From assembly GCA_046582655.1 (NCBI GenBank), contig JAYGDX010000297.1:1-16765 (forward strand): a stretch of 16,765 bases of DNA, read 5' to 3'. The position numbers and the translations under genes were made by a program. The notes beneath the pieces are model-generated. The model saw only the letters and a list, made by a program, of their open reading frames with translations, did not search any database and was not told the origin of the DNA. The stretch is from Candidatus Poribacteria bacterium (GTDB taxonomy: Bacteria; Poribacteria; WGA-4E; UBA9662). Positions 16,645-16,765 of the stretch are shown one piece after another. The stretch's first letter is position 1. Each line of letters starts with the position of its first letter.

Positions 16645-16765
16645 TATCTGTTCGAAAACATTCTATACGCATTTTCATTATACCTTAATTTTCTCCTATA
16701 TAGAAGAAAAGCCCAAGCCACTATACATAGGATATTACCCAAGATTTCAAGATTTAATCTGCTAA

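Noticed and set aside
137..16765. Numerous short alternative-frame and antisense ORFs in the track (e.g. 409..816, 2130..2570, 9240..9443, 13369..13713, 16383..16688, 16514..16765)
   Set aside because: They overlap better-supported genes or have no SD or protein-like features. Similarity between 1301..1516 and 2130..2570, and between 1434..1706 and 2488..2781, merely reflects the duplication.

Overview
Bacterial genomic window, probably from Candidatus Poribacteria; this assignment is inferred from a recurring C-terminal K-[LM]-x-x-x-W-[GA]-x-[ILV]-K tail. The left 3.9 kb is a + strand cluster of four secreted hypothetical proteins from three unrelated families that all end in this tail, a candidate protein-sorting signal. 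It includes a recent ~0.9 kb near-tandem duplication of a DUF1080/ConA-like gene and is preceded by a promoter flanked by a perfect 50-bp inverted repeat. The rest is mostly - strand: a HemL-like class III aminotransferase, a DUF4838 protein, a glutamine synthetase-like gamma-glutamyl ligase, a minimal MGMT, an amidohydrolase, a DUF6785/6784 membrane protein, a GT-C glycosyltransferase and cheB. Two small + strand genes and a possible 43-aa - strand ORF are also present. Three genes appear to have small frameshifts near their 5' ends. No rRNA, tRNA, CRISPR array, transposase or recombinase was recognised. All family calls are by eye from motifs, without database searches.
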